From an uncultured Alphaproteobacteria bacterium (GTDB lineage Bacteria; Pseudomonadota; Alphaproteobacteria; UBA11222): a stretch of 64,000 bases of DNA. Within the stretch, counting starts at the first letter, position 1. The number at the start of each line of letters is the position of its first letter. A model generated the notes under the pieces. The model had not been told where the DNA came from, made no database searches, and saw nothing but the letters and a program-made list of their open reading frames with translations. Made by a program: the position numbers and the translations under genes. The DNA is taken from positions 26,148 through 90,147 of the forward strand of contig CAMTVX010000028.1 of NCBI GenBank assembly GCA_947085295.1. The letters are read 5' to 3'. This document shows positions 62,672-64,000 of this stretch, in pieces.

Positions 62672-64000
62672 ATGCGAAAGTTTTACATGGGCCTGACGAT
62701 TATTGCGTCACTATCACTAGCCCCGGCCTTGCATGCTCTGGCTGGAACCTATGATCTGACCATTGACGAGATGCGCGCCGGTTTCAACGGGCGTGAACGT
62801 CAAACCATGGCGATCAACGGGCAGATACCCGGTCCCACCCTGCGTTTTACCGAAGGCGAAGATGTGACGATCAATGTGACCAATAAAATGGACACAGACA
62901 CCTCTTTGCACTGGCACGGGATTTTGCTGCCATATACGCAGGACGGCGTTCCCGGCATTAGCTTTCCCGGCATCAAACCGGGCGAGACATTTACCTATAA
63001 ATTCAGGATCAAACAGTCGGGCACTTACTGGTATCACAGCCATTCAGGCCTGCAGGAACAGGAAGGCATATACGGGCCAATCATCATCACACCGATCAAA
63101 CGCGATCCGTATAAATATGATCGTGACTATGTGGTGATGCTGTCCGACTGGACCGATGAAAAACCCGAAGCCATCCTTGGGCATCTGAAAAAGAACAGCG
63201 ATTATTACAATTACGCGCAGCGCACCGTTGCAACTTTCTTCAACGATATTTCTGAAAAAGGCTTTGCCGAAACCCTGAAAGATCGTGCCGATTGGGGCAG
63301 GATGCGAATGAACCCGACAGATATTTCCGATGTCAGCGGGTATACATTTCTGATTAACGGCAAAAGCGCCGGGCAAAACTGGACCGGCCTGTTCAAGCCG
63401 GGTGAGCGGGTGCGGCTGCGACTTATCAATGGCGCTGCCATGAGTTATTTTGACGTGCGAATTCCTGGCCTGAAAATGACTGTGGTACAGGCGGACGGCA
63501 ACAATGTGCAGCCGGTTCCGGTTGATGAACTGCGCATTGCTACGGCGGAAACCTATGACGTTATTGTTCAGCCTGAAGAGGAAAAACCATTTACAATTTT
63601 TGCTGAATCCCTTGACCGCACCGGCTATGCACGGGGAACGCTGGCGCCTGCGCAAGGCATGAGCGGAGAAATTCCCTCCCTTCGCCCACGCCCACAACTG
63701 ACTATGTCGGATATGGGGGCGGATATGGATCATGTGAGCCCGCCCAAAACAGCTATGGCCGGGGACAAGAAATCATCCGGGCATGGGATGGATCATGGCG
63801 CAATGGCCGACATGGATATGACCGCCACGGACATGCAAAGCGGCATAGCGCCAAAGGCGGCAAAGGCCCACGGCAAGGTTCTGGTGTATGGTGACCTGAA
63901 AGCCATGGTTGCGTACGATGCGTACCGCGCGCCGGACCGTGAAATTGAACTTAAGCTTACTGGAAATATGAAGCGCTATTTCTGGTCGATCAATGGCAAA
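62672..64000 (+). CDS. copA: Multicopper oxidase (CopA/PcoA-type) with a Met/His-rich segment. Its 3' end is truncated by the window edge, so it is absent from the ORF track.
   Basis: Signal peptide MRKFYMGLTIIASLSLAPALHALA, copper-site motifs HWHGILLP and WYHSHSG, and a Met-rich insert MGADMDHV...GHGMDHGAMADMDMTATDMQ. Confidence 0.85.
   Translation, partial: MRKFYMGLTIIASLSLAPALHALAGTYDLTIDEMRAGFNGRERQTMAINGQIPGPTLRFTEGEDVTINVTNKMDTDTSLHWHGILLPYTQDGVPGISFPGIKPGETFTYKFRIKQSGTYWYHSHSGLQEQEGIYGPIIITPIKRDPYKYDRDYVVMLSDWTDEKPEAILGHLKKNSDYYNYAQRTVATFFNDISEKGFAETLKDRADWGRMRMNPTDISDVSGYTFLINGKSAGQNWTGLFKPGERVRLRLINGAAMSYFDVRIPGLKMTVVQADGNNVQPVPVDELRIATAETYDVIVQPEEEKPFTIFAESLDRTGYARGTLAPAQGMSGEIPSLRPRPQLTMSDMGADMDHVSPPKTAMAGDKKSSGHGMDHGAMADMDMTATDMQSGIAPKAAKAHGKVLVYGDLKAMVAYDAYRAPDREIELKLTGNMKRYFWSINGK

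Noticed and set aside
62717-63733. Two minus-strand ORFs (108 and 229 aa) inside the multicopper oxidase gene.
   Set aside because: They are antisense to a strongly supported CopA-type multicopper oxidase reading frame that contains the copper-site motifs.

Overview
This window reads as roughly 58-60% GC chromosomal DNA from an alphaproteobacterium. The family-specific neighbourhood is typical of that class: the DUF2312/GapR-like, DUF1244, DUF2093 and DUF952 genes, a class-I lysyl-tRNA synthetase, uvrC-pgsA-moaD-moaE, divergent xseA/purD and msbA-DUF374-waaA-lpxK-lpxL. In order, the window contains the following.

(1) A tightly coupled minus-strand operon for an ABC-transporter-dependent glycan (O-antigen-like) pathway. 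It comprises a Wzm permease, a Wzt ATPase with a C-terminal extension, a coiled-coil SAM-methyltransferase and a two-module GT4 glycosyltransferase. The glycosyltransferase runs off the left edge of the window and is therefore missing from the ORF track.

(2) A divergent, complete type I secretion system (PrtD-like ABC, HlyD-like adaptor, TolC) with no obvious substrate gene nearby.

(3) A lower-GC module: two tandem paralogous small membrane proteins followed by a Sec-secreted DRGH (Serratia-family) non-specific endonuclease.

(4) uvrB, followed 21 bp later by an AT-rich (~45% GC) 497-aa orphan ORF. I cannot assign this ORF to a family. It carries a possible PD-(D/E)xK-like motif and is bounded on its 3' side by a cluster of GC-rich palindromic (REP-like) repeats.

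(5) Housekeeping genes: SDR-folB, uvrC-pgsA-moaD-moaE, an FMN reductase, ilvE, a MarR regulator followed by an OmpR-type response regulator and histidine kinase, the lipid A/Kdo block msbA-DUF374-waaA-lpxK-lpxL, xseA/purD and an APH-family kinase.

(6) A ccdAB toxin-antitoxin pair in which CcdA carries an N-terminal HTH extension.

(7) arsC-family, pyrD and DUF952 genes. These are followed by a plasmid/ICE-like remnant: an S24-HTH repressor, an RHH protein, a ParA-like ATPase with a long C-terminal tail, vapBC, and a second AT-rich (~42% GC) 288-aa orphan ORF.

(8) An orphan CoxL-like molybdenum-hydroxylase large subunit, secG-pyrG-kdsA, and a HadAB-like pair of hotdog dehydratases.

(9) A 29-bp perfect-stem hairpin, pepF, a higBA pair, the DUF2312 and DUF1244 genes, a formylglutamate amidohydrolase, pyk, lysK (class I), and a TPP riboswitch upstream of thiC.

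(10) A MAPEG gene, a Vitreoscilla-type haemoglobin and a Met-rich multicopper oxidase that is cut by the right edge.

I saw no CRISPR array, tRNA, rRNA, integrase or transposase. The two AT-rich orphan genes and the membrane-protein/nuclease module are the best candidates for undescribed (possibly defence-related) functions.
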